The notes under the pieces: generated by a model | What the model was told of the DNA's origin: nothing | What the model saw: the letters and a program-made list of their open reading frames with translations, nothing else | Databases searched by the model: none | NCBI RefSeq assembly: GCF_018977255.1 | Contig: NW_024704743.1 | Span: 58,592,001 to 58,656,000, forward strand | Reading direction: 5' to 3' | From: Callorhinchus milii | Lineage: Eukaryota | Length of the DNA: 64,000 nucleotides | Position numbers and translations under genes: made by a program | In this document: one piece after another, positions 25,916 to 38,126 of the stretch | Layout of the letters: each line of letters opens with the position of its first letter | How positions within the stretch are numbered: the stretch's first letter is position 1

Positions 25916-26330
25916 TACTACTGCTTTAGGGTGTGATTGGCTGTAAACATACGTTGGATGGTATTTGGATAGGGTGTCCATGTGGTGTTGGTTGGTATTT
26001 GGGAACGGTGGCCATGTGGTACAGCAAACACTCCTTGTTTTCCTGAGCTAATGGCTCTTTATGAGTTAAGTGTACACAGATCTACTTGGGTACTGCATTG
26101 CAGTACTGCACTGCCTGGCGCAACTACATTCTTGTCATCACATTTGGTATGCAGTGCTTGGGCACAACGGAGTACAATGAATCATTCTAGCATCCACATA
26201 TTATGATCCATGCAATGATACAACTTAAGCAAGTGCCTATCACTAGGGTTTTCCTCTACTCCAGCAACTGCATCCCTCTCACCTTCCATGCTTTCCCTGC
26301 CAAGTAATTCAATTATTGCATTGTCAAGAT

Positions 26331-26810
26331 TCTCAGGAATGAGAGTCCACTATTCTGCCAAAATCAAGTTCAGCCTTTGAACATGCTAGACTTGGATGTT
26401 GAAATAAGGTGACTTGACTATGAATAATTCTTAGAATAGACGTTAACATCACAGGAAAATAGAACATACAGGACTGGAAAAGACTGTGGTCCATTTGGCT
26501 AGTCTCAAAGTAACACAGAACAGTCCATCTAATTTGTTAAACTTTCCTTATTTTGTACAATTCATGCTAATCTCAGGAATGAGAGTCCACTATTCTGCCA
26601 AAATCAAGTTCAGCCTTTGAACATGCGAGACTTGGATGTTGGAATAAGGTGACTTGACTATGAATAATTCTTAGAATAGACGTTAACATCACAGGAAAAT
26701 AGAACATACAGGACTGGAAAAGACTGTGGTCCATTTGGCTAGTCTCAAAGTAACACAGAACAGTCCATCTAATTTGTTAAACTTTCCTTATTTTGTACAA
26801 TTCATGCTAA
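26331..26810. repeat. Head-to-tail 240-bp tandem duplication
   Basis: 26331-26570 equals 26571-26810 except for 2 substitutions. Confidence 0.97.
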
Positions 26811-27586
26811 TGTGTATCACAATAAACTCTTGCTCAGGTTAGTATGGCTTACTGACATATAATACTTACAAAACAATTTCCCATAACATTTTGTGGCTCT
26901 GGTGTACAATAGTATATTGTACCTTAGTGCTACTTTTCAAATCATCCAGGATTTTTCAAACATCTTAGAGGAAAATTAGGGAGTTCACAAGAGACATTCA
27001 CGAAGAAGGCTCTTTGACTCATTTGATCTCAACTTTCCAGAATACCCAACCTACCGCCCACCCATTACACCATCAAGCCGTATTTTTTAAATGAGGCCAA
27101 TGTCTTAGCCTCAGGCACCTTTAACTTCCAAGTTTCCTCTGCATTTTGGGGGTAACTGTTGTCCCTCACCAAATAAGGTCAAATATCCTTATACTTCTCC
27201 AGAGCTGCTTCCAGAAGCACTTCTCGAGACAGTGGGAAAATTATCAGAGTCACTCCTGCATTCCACAACAAGATTCCACACACCAGTGAAATATCAATTT
27301 GCATTTCATGGAAAAAGTGAGTTAATCAATCTGTATATAGTGTATAACCACAGTGCCCGGTTTCTTCACACAATGGAACCTTAGTTCCAGTTCGCATGCC
27401 TTGATTTTCATGCAATCCACGTGAATGTTTTCTTTTCTCACTTTATTAAAGTTTAATTTTAAAACAATTTGACTCATTTAATATTCCAAAAATTCATTGT
27501 GAAAATAGCTACATTAAATCGTTCATAAAATTTTTGGTTATACAGTAGCTAAACCAGTTTCGTTCCCTGTTGCAATTCGTGTAATG

Positions 27587-28000
27587 TGTCAGCCTGGCTC
27601 ATTTGGTAGTACCCACACCTCTGAGGCAGTAAATCATGGGTTCAAGCCCCTTGTCGGTAATTTCACAACATAGTCAAGGCTGACACTCCAATACTGCATT
27701 GGCAGAGATGCATCCTTCTGATAAAACATTAAACTGAGGTCCCATCTTTCTTTTCAGGACAATGTTAAAGTCTCCCATGGCACTATCGAAAACAGAATGG
27801 AATTTCGTTCTTGACAAACAATTCCCCAAATAAAATGAATCATTCACTTCATGGCTGTTTATGTGCCATTGCTGTGTGCAAATTAGCTGCCGCATTAGGT
27901 CACAAATACACAGTCACTGCATTACTGTAAGCTCTGTGAAGCTCTTGTCTTTGACAACGTGATGAATTACTATATCATATGCAAAGATTATTATTATTAT
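27587..28000 (+). mobile_element. SINE family 2 (SacSINE1/DeuSINE-like), near full length
   Basis: tgtcagcctggctc head, gggttcaagccc B box, cccatggcactatcgaaa, core, (tta)n tail. Confidence 0.87.
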
Positions 28001-28209
28001 AGTATTACAAATTAAAATCACTGTACATTATAGCACTATTGCATTAATGTTTTTCTATAGGTAGGTAGCTTTTCAAGAAATTAAGTGATAGTAAAAACAA
28101 TCACCAAAGTACGATGAAAAGATGGATCAGTATCAGCTACGTACTGGAAGTAATTTCTATTCTCGGAGTCAAAAAACGGTTAAGTCAAGAACTAGAGGCT
28201 GAAATCTTT

Positions 28210-28510
28210 ATCAGTATAATGTCACTGTCATTCAACGAGAACTTAATTGACTGCTTCATGTCTGCTGCTGGAGGCAAACGCCACATAGATCTACCAGTTA
28301 GTCTTACAATGCACCCTCACTAATTGCCAGTTCTCCAATTGGGCAATTGAGATGATCGATGAAATTGATGATACCTACAACTGGACTGCCAGAAATTAGG
28401 CAGTAGATTCAAATAAAAGAGCATTCACCTGAGCAAGGAGGTCAATCATAAATAACAATTAAAGGTAATTATCTAAAGAAGGCTATAAAGGAAATGGTAA
28501 CAACACAATC
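28210..28510. promoter_or_regulatory. Candidate conserved non-coding element
   Basis: Repeat-free; ctgtca, cttaattga, ctaattg, aaattgatga, caatcataaa and ggtaatta motifs; inference. Confidence 0.35.
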
Positions 28511-28669
28511 TGTTTGGGGGAAAAGGCCTTTTTTTGGTCAGTCATGTGTCTGACAGAAGCATGCAACGATTATTAGTATTAGTATTATTACAGTATGTAA
28601 CAACACTCACCTTTTAGAAAGATACATGCATTTTACCTCTTAATTGTATGAATTGTATTATTTTCCATC

Positions 28670-28865
28670 AAGGATGATGGAAGCAGATTCAATAATAACT
28701 TTCAAAAGAGTATTAGATTTTTACTTAAAAGAAAAAAAATTGCAAAGGTATGGGGAGAGAACGGGGAGTTGGACTAATTGGAAAGCTCTTTAAAAGAGCC
28801 GCCACAGGCACAATGGGCCGAATGGCTTCCTTCTATGCTTTAGGATTTCTATGATTCTATGATCT
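28670..28865 (+). mobile_element. CR1 3' end
   Basis: ggaagcagattcaataataactttcaaaag...gggccgaatggc...ttctatgattctatgat. Confidence 0.85.
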
Positions 28866-30189
28866 ATAACTCACAACCTTTTCCATTAATTTTCCTCTGT
28901 GGACCTACTTGCAATCGAAATTGGTGGAAACCTACACACTAGTTTTTACAGATAGCTTTGTAAATATTACAGATGACTTGCTTTGTGAAAGAATTGTGTC
29001 TTTCTTTTCACCTTTGACCATCCTTGGCAAAAATGTAATCTACACCCTAATCAGTGTTTTCATTATTTTTAGTTCTAAGCATCTATGAGATCAGTTTTGG
29101 AGCCAGGCTTGACAGGACTCCATTTATCAATGTTTAGATGACTAATTGAACTTCAGAATTAGGTAAGTTACTTTCAGAGCATAATAACAGCTGTCTCAGA
29201 GCTCTATGTACACACGGGGTGAATGATCTTTAAAAAAGACTGGACAAGCAGAAATGATCTATTATTTGTAAAGCAGTAAATATGACCAGATCTGATGTAC
29301 GCCCACAACCAATCCATGTTCAGAACCTCAGTGGGTCTTACATTAATCCTATTCAAGCATTTTATGTGTGGTAACTCCCCAAGGAAAAATGCTAGAGATG
29401 TGATTTATATGGCCTGGGGTTTTACATCTATTATAAAGGTGTCAGTGAGTGACCCTCTTCAGCGCTAACGTTTTCGATGATCTAAGCACATTCCTGAAGA
29501 TGAATAGACTTAAATTACTCGTTCTAGTTGCTATTTATGTGCCCTACATTGTAACAAACATACACAAGAAAAAGAAAGGTGAAGTTTATGATAAAGAGTT
29601 GAATTGGACAAAAAAATCAGTTCCTGCATGCTAATAATAATTATCCTTACACTTGAAATAGCACCTTTCACATCAGGAGGATGTAACAAAGCGCTTCACA
29701 GAAGATACTGTAAAGTGGAATGATTGTATATTTTGTGGGTAAATGCACAGCCACAGACACTGTACTGTACACACAAGTAGCATTAAAAAGCACCCCATGT
29801 TGAAAACAAATGTATATAAAAGATCAAGGTTAATAACCTTATTTAAATCTTCTGTCTTGTACTCTCTGCATTTCTGACTGCATTTTAGTTTATTTTTCCA
29901 AATATTTTCACCTGAAAAAAAATAACATTTTCAAAATGACTGCTAATATAGTATGCAAGGTTATGAACAGATCAATTAATGTTGTATGATAATTCTATTC
30001 CTTTTAAGCACTGTAGTGTTTATTTTACCTTTGTTGGTAAGCATGTATAATTTTCTGCTTGTCTGTAAATGTATCAACAACAACAACTTGTATTTATGTA
30101 GCGCCCTTCACACCGGACGGGGTCTCAGATCGGCAGCAATTCTTGAATTGGGATACCTTACTGTAATATCTATCCACAGCGACCCTCAC

Positions 30190-31095
30190 CTAGGCGTTTA
30201 TCATGTCCAGGCTTGACTATGCTAACACTGCTCGTCAGACTCGTCAGCTCTTACCTGCAGACTATCCAGAACTCTACCCTATCCCGCACCAGATTCCATG
30301 AGCTTATCACCCTATCTTATTGGAGTCCTGTAGCTCAGTGGTTAGAGCACTCGCCTCACAAGCGAGATGAATTGTTGTGCAAGTTTCCTTACCCCACACG
30401 AATCTGTTTACCTGGCAATACGTAGGGACCGGCTGTTAGTCAATTGGCGGATCGCTTTACTGGGGGTAATAATTCCTTAAAAAAAAAGTAACAATAAATT
30501 GGTCACTGCAATCCACGACTGTTTGTGGGACACTGTTGTACACAATTGGCTGCCGCATTTCACCCACAAATATACAGTCAATTCACTTTACAGTATATTC
30601 TGTGAAGCGTTTTGAGATGTCTCGAAGATGTGATAAGGTGCTATATCAAATGCAAGGATTATTATTATTATCTTTGCCTGGCTCCATTGGCTCATCATTC
30701 CTCAGCCAAAGTTCAAAAGCCATTTTTAAATCATTCCATTGTCTAGTCCCATCTTACATCTGCATGCTCCTCAAACTTACCAACCCGGACCTCCATTCAT
30801 TCAGCGGGCATCAGCCTGCTTCATGTTCCCTGCCCTACCTGGCCCACCATTAGCAGGTGGGCTTTGAGCCTTTCTATCCACATTCTCTGGAATTCCATTT
30901 CAGAATCACTTCAACTAGCTTCCTCCCTCACCTTGTTCAAGGTCCACCTCAATACCTACCTTTTTACTGCATCTTGCTCATCTTTCCCCTCTCCGTCTCC
31001 TCGGCTCTCACCAACAGCTTGGGTGCCAAGCCATTATTGTTAAGTATCTTGGGACATCCCAAAGGACATGAAAGGTGATTTGTAATTGTAAATTT
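30190..31095 (+). mobile_element. Old L2 3' fragment interrupted by a SINE
   Basis: ccaggcttgactatgctaac (SRLDY-type), ctgcagactatccagaac; resumes after 30670 with ctccattggctc; L2 tail near 31050-31095. Confidence 0.75.
30322..30670 (+). mobile_element. SINE family 1, B box deleted
   Basis: ggagtcctgtagctcagtggttagagc head, body, core, (tta)n; possible short TSD tatctt. Confidence 0.92.
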
Positions 31096-33977
31096 GTATT
31101 AGTTTTAGTTGTTTTGGATCTCAGTTGTTTCAATATATCTTCTTCAACTTGGTTTTTGCTCTGCCTCATCATCGAAGATCCATCAGTAGGTGTAGAAAGG
31201 GTATGTGGATTGATAGCCGATTTATAGTCAATAGCATAATTAAGGGCTGCTGTATGCATTTGCACATACCTCCAATTAACAACAACAACAACAATTTGCA
31301 TTTATATAGCGCCCCTCATGCAGGGTAGTATCCCAAAGCACTTAACCCACCTTGCATTTTAGACCCTATCGTACCATAAGAATTTCAAATACTGTGGCAA
31401 CAAAATATCACCAATATAACAAGGACAAACTGAACCAGGTTGATCTGCCTTGATTGAACCCCCAAGATTCAAATTAATTTGGATTTCCACACATGCCCAG
31501 AGGCTTGATTTTTATCTAAAAAATAGATGACAAAAGCTGGAGTTACATGGATGTCATCTCACATTTCACAAGGTACTGCAGAAAAAGATCTCAACAAACA
31601 TGTGCACAAGCATGAATATTAATAACATTTTGCATGAACCTGTAGATTTGAGCATTTTATATTCAAATCCAGTACAGCATTTTAGCAAATACAAATTTGA
31701 GCCATTCCCTTTACCTAGATGAATTGTAACCTGATCATTTTTGGCGAGGCTTCAGTTTCTATTTTTATGATTAGGTTTTGATAAATTATCTTTTACTTCT
31801 TGTAAATTTTATGGTTACTGATTTTAAAAAAAGGCTTAAGTAACCTTCAACTGAACTTCCTTCAGCTAGCGTGAGGTGAGCTTCACTGATGGATTGCCGG
31901 CAGATGCAGATTTGCAGATGCATTTTGTAAATGAAAATGTAAGTGTGCAAGAGAATGACAACAACTTGCACTTCTATCGCGTCCTTCACATGGGGTATGG
32001 TGATCTCAGGAGCTAGACAGAATACATTTCTGCCTTAATGAAGTGCTCGCTTTCTACCAGTCTTGAACATTTTCCTGCAATTTATAGGCTTGTACAGGAC
32101 CACTTGGTGAACAATTGCTTCCAAGTAAGAGGGGAAACATTGTATTTTGATTTTCTATGGAAAACTGACTTTGTGAACAATAACATTAATTTATATTCTC
32201 CACTCCACACTTTAAAGGAAAAAAGCTAATAAAGCATGTGTAGTTAGTGGGAGGTAATGCAGCAGAAATGTCTCTGCTACTTGAATAATTTCTTCCTTCT
32301 TCCACAAGACATTGAATGTTTCATCGGTTGATGTTGCCTTTCAGGTCTGGTATTAACACAACCAGTTGTGGAAAATTTGGAGTTTGGATACTCTTAAGCA
32401 TTATTATTATTATTAAGCATTCTGGTGGGTTTCCGCATGAGTAAGACACCCAACTGACCAAAAAAAAATTGGGTACAATGTTTCATCCGAATCAGTTAGT
32501 ACATCAAGCTTTTCACTTTTAAGGACCAGATACCTTGTAATTTGTGTCACACTATCCCAGTCCCAAATAATTACTTACAAGAACTGGGGCAAATCAAGGG
32601 CCAACCTGATACTTGCAACCTTATACACCAATTAAGAACATTGTAAGCACCTCAAGCAAATCCGATTTAAGATATCTTAAACCAGTCTATAGTGGCAGCT
32701 GATTTCACAGCCTGTGGCAATAGCATTCCAGAATAAATCACCATTACATCGTAATGACCTTTAAAAGTTGATAGATGCACTTCCAGTTGTGTCTTGATGG
32801 CACTCACTGATACGCAAACTTAAAATCCTTGGGTAGTTCTCTGAAAATGTCATCATGTGTAATTCATTACATTAAAGAATCATTACATAAATGTTCAGTC
32901 TGCAAGATGGACACCGAACAGAATTAGCTATTAACTTTGCAAGCAAGCGTCAATAATGGAGTTTTTAAAGATGACCCTCTTTCCCCTATTTTATAACCAC
33001 TGCAAACATGATAATAGGGTTTTAGGATTTGCAGGCTAAACAAATAATCCATTTTCAATATTTTGTTTTACGGTTTCCTTAACTTTTTGAGCATCTATCA
33101 GAGGACTGTTTTATGGGCTTTCCTCAGTAGGTTTCCCAGCCGATGGATTTTACATTTTTAATATCTCTGTGTTGTTTTAAATTACAGCACAAGCATCTCC
33201 AGGCCTCGCGCTTGTGTCAGCAGTTCATTAGTAATGAAAAGTGTCAATGTGGCAGATTTTGCACATTTGGATAGAAAGTCATTTCTTAAACCTGTAAGAT
33301 AAATGGATAAATAGGAAACATATAGGCACACTGGCCCATGGGTTCCTGGCCTTTTGCACAGACCAGTTACTCAAGATTATATAATGCCCAGTATTACACT
33401 GCTCAGGACTTGCTGCTCGTCTATGGGCTAAGAGTAATGTGGACCAGTTTGGATCTCTGCATGTTTCCTTATTTTTGCCGGCTTAACCTTTAAGTGTAAT
33501 TGAATCAACAATATGTTAAGCTTGCTTTCTTCCTCAACGTACAGTGCAATGCTGATTCTAAATTGTTTCATTTTAACATAAAATGTAATTTGACTCCACC
33601 CACTGAAAAAAATATTGCACAAAAACAATTCAAGACAAGATGAATTTTCACTTTACTCAATGATTTATTTCAGTGGGTATAATAGATGTTCTGCTGGCAG
33701 AAATTTGGGGATAACATCTTAGTGGGAAACTGGGTCAATTTCAATTAGATTAGAGTGAAGCCGAGAGCTTTTGATAAAATATAGTCCTGGTAATTGAGGT
33801 GAATGCACTTCTAGAAAAAACATAATTAAGGCATTACTGTTGGTTCAAGTTTGGATACTTATTTATATAAGCAGCTGTGAATGTATATTGTTCTCTTTTC
33901 CTTTTTCTGTTTATTATGAATTTCATTGTAAATTAAATCATTCTATTGTGAACCTGTGATTTTCTGAATATTGTAGA

Positions 33978-34496
33978 ACTTCAATATAGGTGCTTAAATT
34001 GGATAAGTCTAAGGAGTATATACTGCATAATGTAATCGTAGTGCTCCGAGACACTATCCTGTAGGAAGGCCATTATATAAATGTATGTCATTGGTATTGT
34101 TGTATGGCACGATTACATTTGGTAAACATTTCCTAGAGTTGCAGGCTTCCACCACATATTGATGCTCACTATCTATGGTAAATAGACAGATTCTTAATAA
34201 TTCACATAGCGATTAAAGCTGGCTGAAAATATGCAAGTAATTGTGTATGTATATCTAATGGTACCTGAATGTGATTGCAGCAATAACAGCTACAACAAAT
34301 ACTGTGCGCAAATCAGCTGCAGTGTTCCGCCCACTGAACACACTTCAATATAGGTGCTTAAATTAGATAAGTCTAAAGAGTATATACTGCATAATGTAAT
34401 CGTAGTGCTCCGAGACACTATCCTGTAGGAAGGGCATTATATAAATGCATGTCATTGGTATTGTTGTATTGCAGCTGATTTGCGCTGTTGTTGCTG
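33978..34496. repeat. 128-bp dispersed direct duplication with adjoining short inverted copies
   Basis: 33978-34105 equals 34342-34469 (4 mismatches); 34470-34485 is the reverse complement of 34306-34321. Confidence 0.93.
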
Positions 34497-35109
34497 GATC
34501 CATTTTACAGTATATCCTATGAAGAGCTTTGAAGTGAAGCCTTCCTTGCTAACATTTGCCTACAAATACATAGTCACTTCACTCAAAGTAAATCCAGTGA
34601 AGAGCTTTGAGACACTCCAACCGTGTGATAACACGTTATATCGAATGCAAGGATTATTATTATTATAACAACAACTTGCATATATATATAGCCCTTCAGG
34701 TTGGTAGTGTCTCGGGGCCCTGAACAATGGTGTAGTCTGGTGCTGAACCGGGGAGAAAGGAGAAGCAGCCATTGACAGGTTTCGAAGTGTAGTCTTCCGC
34801 TGCAGGATCTTTAAAGGACTACTGAGTATTTTTGGAATTTTTGGGGGCACTTTAGGCCTGACATTTCACCTAGTTTTAGTTTGTAAGATAATTTTGTCTT
34901 AAAATTTAAGAACTCACAGAATGTTCTTAAATTCAGTCATAATTTGGAAGCCGAAAACTCTTCTGCGACACCTTATTAAAAGTCTTCTGAAAATCCATAT
35001 ATACCATACCCATAGATTATCTTTATCTATTCTCTTGGTTATTTTGTCAGTGACAACTTGTCCTTATATACTGCCCTTCACACAGGGTAGCGCCTTGCAG
35101 TGCTATTAG

Positions 35110-35345
35110 ATTCAAAGAACTCTATTAGATTAGTCAAGCAAACTTGCCTTTAACAAATCCACGCTGCTGTCTTTAATCAGTCTGTGTCCTTCCAAGTGGT
35201 TATTAATTTATTTTAGAGGTACTATAGCCTCTAAAAGTTTGCCCACTATGTACTTTAGACTATCTGGTCTAAAATTACTCTGCTGGATCAGTTTTTCTTT
35301 TTTTTAAACAGAGGTGTTACATTATTCTTCAGTCTTTTGGCTCAA
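35110..35345 (-). mobile_element. CR1 RT-region relic
   Basis: Minus strand cagcgtggatttgttaaaggcaag...actaatctaatagagttctttgaa is a decayed QHGFVKGKSCLTNLIEFFE motif. Confidence 0.7.
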
Positions 35346-35949
35346 CTTTCATATTCAACATATTCAAAAAATTGTAATTTCAGTAAAAATCTAAGAAAGT
35401 AGAATACTCTGTCCCAGAACTGATTCTACAATTGATAGGGGGGGCTACATTGTTGGAGTGCAGCCTGACAGCTAGGGAAGCCTAAGCTGGACAAGTGTTC
35501 TGGTTAACAATCCCCCAAATATAATTGGTCATTCACTTCATGGTCGTTTGTGGGACACAAATTGACTCCTGCATTCTCTCAAAAATATAGTCATTACACA
35601 GTATCTTCAGTTTTTCCTGTAAAGCACTTTGAAGTGTCCTCAACAATGTGATGAGGCACAATAACAAATTAGTTACTATATAATTCAAATCTACTCAGCT
35701 TCTCATCACAGCAAAATTCCTTCACCTCAGATACCACCTGGTGACTTGTTGATAAAAGTATTTCAAAGTCCTTCTGAAATGAGGTGTACAACACTAGACA
35801 ATCTTCCAAAGAGAGGTTAGTGCCAAGGCCAGTGAGCTTTGGTCATATATTTTCAGAAGCCCAGTCCAAACACAGCGAACACTCTATCGGGACTGTTGTG
35901 GCACCCCACACCTTTAAATGTATCCAGGGAGTGCTGCCTCCACAATGAC

Positions 35950-36325
35950 TTACATTTGTATAGCATTCTTCATTCAGGTAGCATCTCAGAGTGCTTAACA
36001 GTGGTGTAGTTTGATGCTGAGCTGGAAAGGGAGGGTAGATGGCTGAAGGCATTTTTGAAGTAGAAAGACTTATATATAATCCTATAATAGTGAGAGTGAG
36101 GATCTTGAAATCGATCCATTCTGCAATAGGGAGTCAGCGGAACCTGGCAAGAACTGGGACGATGGGGGTGCAGAGCCTTGTACAATAGGGATCCATTCTG
36201 CAATCGGGAGTCAGCCGAACCTGGCAGGGACTGGGATGATGGGGGTGCAGAGCCTTGTACAGGTGAGAACATGGGCGGCAGAGTTTCAAATGATTTGGAC
36301 CTTGTTAACAGTGGAGCCTGAGGCG
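35950..36325 (-). mobile_element. L2 fragment with internal 72-bp tandem duplication
   Basis: L2 tail at the left, gtgaggatcttgaaatcgatc motif; 36113-36184 repeated at 36190-36261. Confidence 0.8.
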
Positions 36326-37204
36326 AATGGAGCTCTATCCTTCACTGAGAACAATTCACTGTAACTCGATCACACACACACACAATTACTTCCTGAGACA
36401 AATTCCCTCTGATCATAACGTGACTTCCAATTTTAACTCCACAGTTTTACAAGGTCATCTCCCCAGGTTTGCAGTGTCTTCAAGGCTAGTATTACATTGT
36501 GCCTTCGCCCTTCATTCTATGTCCCCGAAATAATGCTCACCTCCCCAGATGCCTTGTTTCTTGTTTCTTGTAAAGCAGTGTCACTCCTAAATTCAGATCA
36601 GCCTCATCCCCTGGGGAACAGGCTCACTGCTTGGCAAACAAGCAGCTTCACTCCCTCAGCTCATTACAATCATAGAACATTTACAACACAATAGAGGGTA
36701 ATGTTGCCTATTGTGTCTGTGCCATTGCTAGCTCCACCAACGAAGCCCTGATCCTATTCCCATTTCATAGCTCATTGTCAGGCTCATTACCTGTTTCAGA
36801 ACAGCTTCACTCCAGCGTGAGATAAATTGACCAAGATGACTGAACGAGACTTTTACAAGCTTAATTCTAAAACATTAGGGGTTATCCCATTAAAAGCATA
36901 CATTACAAGATTCATAGCACTTAGTGGATTTGCACTTTTGATTTCCCATTATAAGGACGTATTGGAAGATGCACTACATTTAGCAAACACCTCTGTGAAG
37001 CTGCATTTAGGAACTGATACCAAAATAGCCAAGATATTTTGGATAGCAGAAAAGACTTCACGGCACAAGACTAAAATCATATCAATGTAAAAATTCAATG
37101 AAACTAAAAGTGGAATAAGAAAGCCTCATTTTTACAAACATCAAACATATTGCCCACTTCCCTTCCTAAAAAAAATACTGCATTTAATAATCCTATAATA
37201 GTAT

Positions 37205-37660
37205 TATTTAACAATAATATAATAAGCCTTGCATTTGATATTGTGTCTTATCACAATGTCAAAACATCTCAACTCACTTCACAGAATTTACTGAAAAGTG
37301 TAGTGACTGTGTAATTGTAGGCAAACATGGCAGCTAATTTGTACACAGCAATGTCCCCAAAACAGCGATGAAGTGAATAATAACAATAATAATCCTTGAA
37401 TTTAATATAGCATCTTATCACGCTTCACAGAATATACTGTAACGTGAATTGACTATATTTCGCAGCAAATGAATGCTTGTTGTCCAGGACACTGGCATAT
37501 ACTCTCTTTGAGAAAAATGCTATGGGAGACAACTGAACAGGAAGACAATACCTTGGTTTAATGTCTACCTGAAGGGTGACAACTTCCACAATGCAGAATA
37601 TCCCCAGCTTTGGATTGGAATGTCAGCCTGGACTATGATTTCATAGCCTCGACATGGGAT
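37205..37660 (-). mobile_element. Nested SINE fragments (family 2 plus an extra 3' end)
   Basis: Two successive reverse-complement tails (37215, 37380), then a Deu-type domain and tgtcagcctggactatg. Confidence 0.78.
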
Positions 37661-38126
37661 TTGATTGTTTTAAGATATATTTGTCTTAGAATCAGCATGA
37701 AACAGTTTCAGCTACTTCAGGTCAGACTTAAAGAGCTGTTTTAGAGAATTCAGTAAGTATACAATTCAACAATAAATGTAGTTTGTAGGTAAAAAAATAT
37801 GTAATTCTCTCTGTTATATTTTTAGATTAATGATTATGTTGCAGAAAGATTCATTTCCAAATTACAAGAAGAATTGGGATAAAAAAGGTCCTTTGTCCCT
37901 TTTGTTCACATCCTTGCATAATACCCACCCTACCAGCTTCCCATTCCAGCATTAAGCTTTTTTTAAGTAAGTCTAGTTTGATAACATCTACACCCTTCCT
38001 GGTAAATCCAGCTATTAATCAGTCACTGTGTAAAGAAATGTTTCCTGGTGTTTATCCTGAAATTGGCCTTCACAACAGTAAAACTATGTCCTTGTGTACT
38101 GCTTCCTTGGCATATCTTTGTGTACC

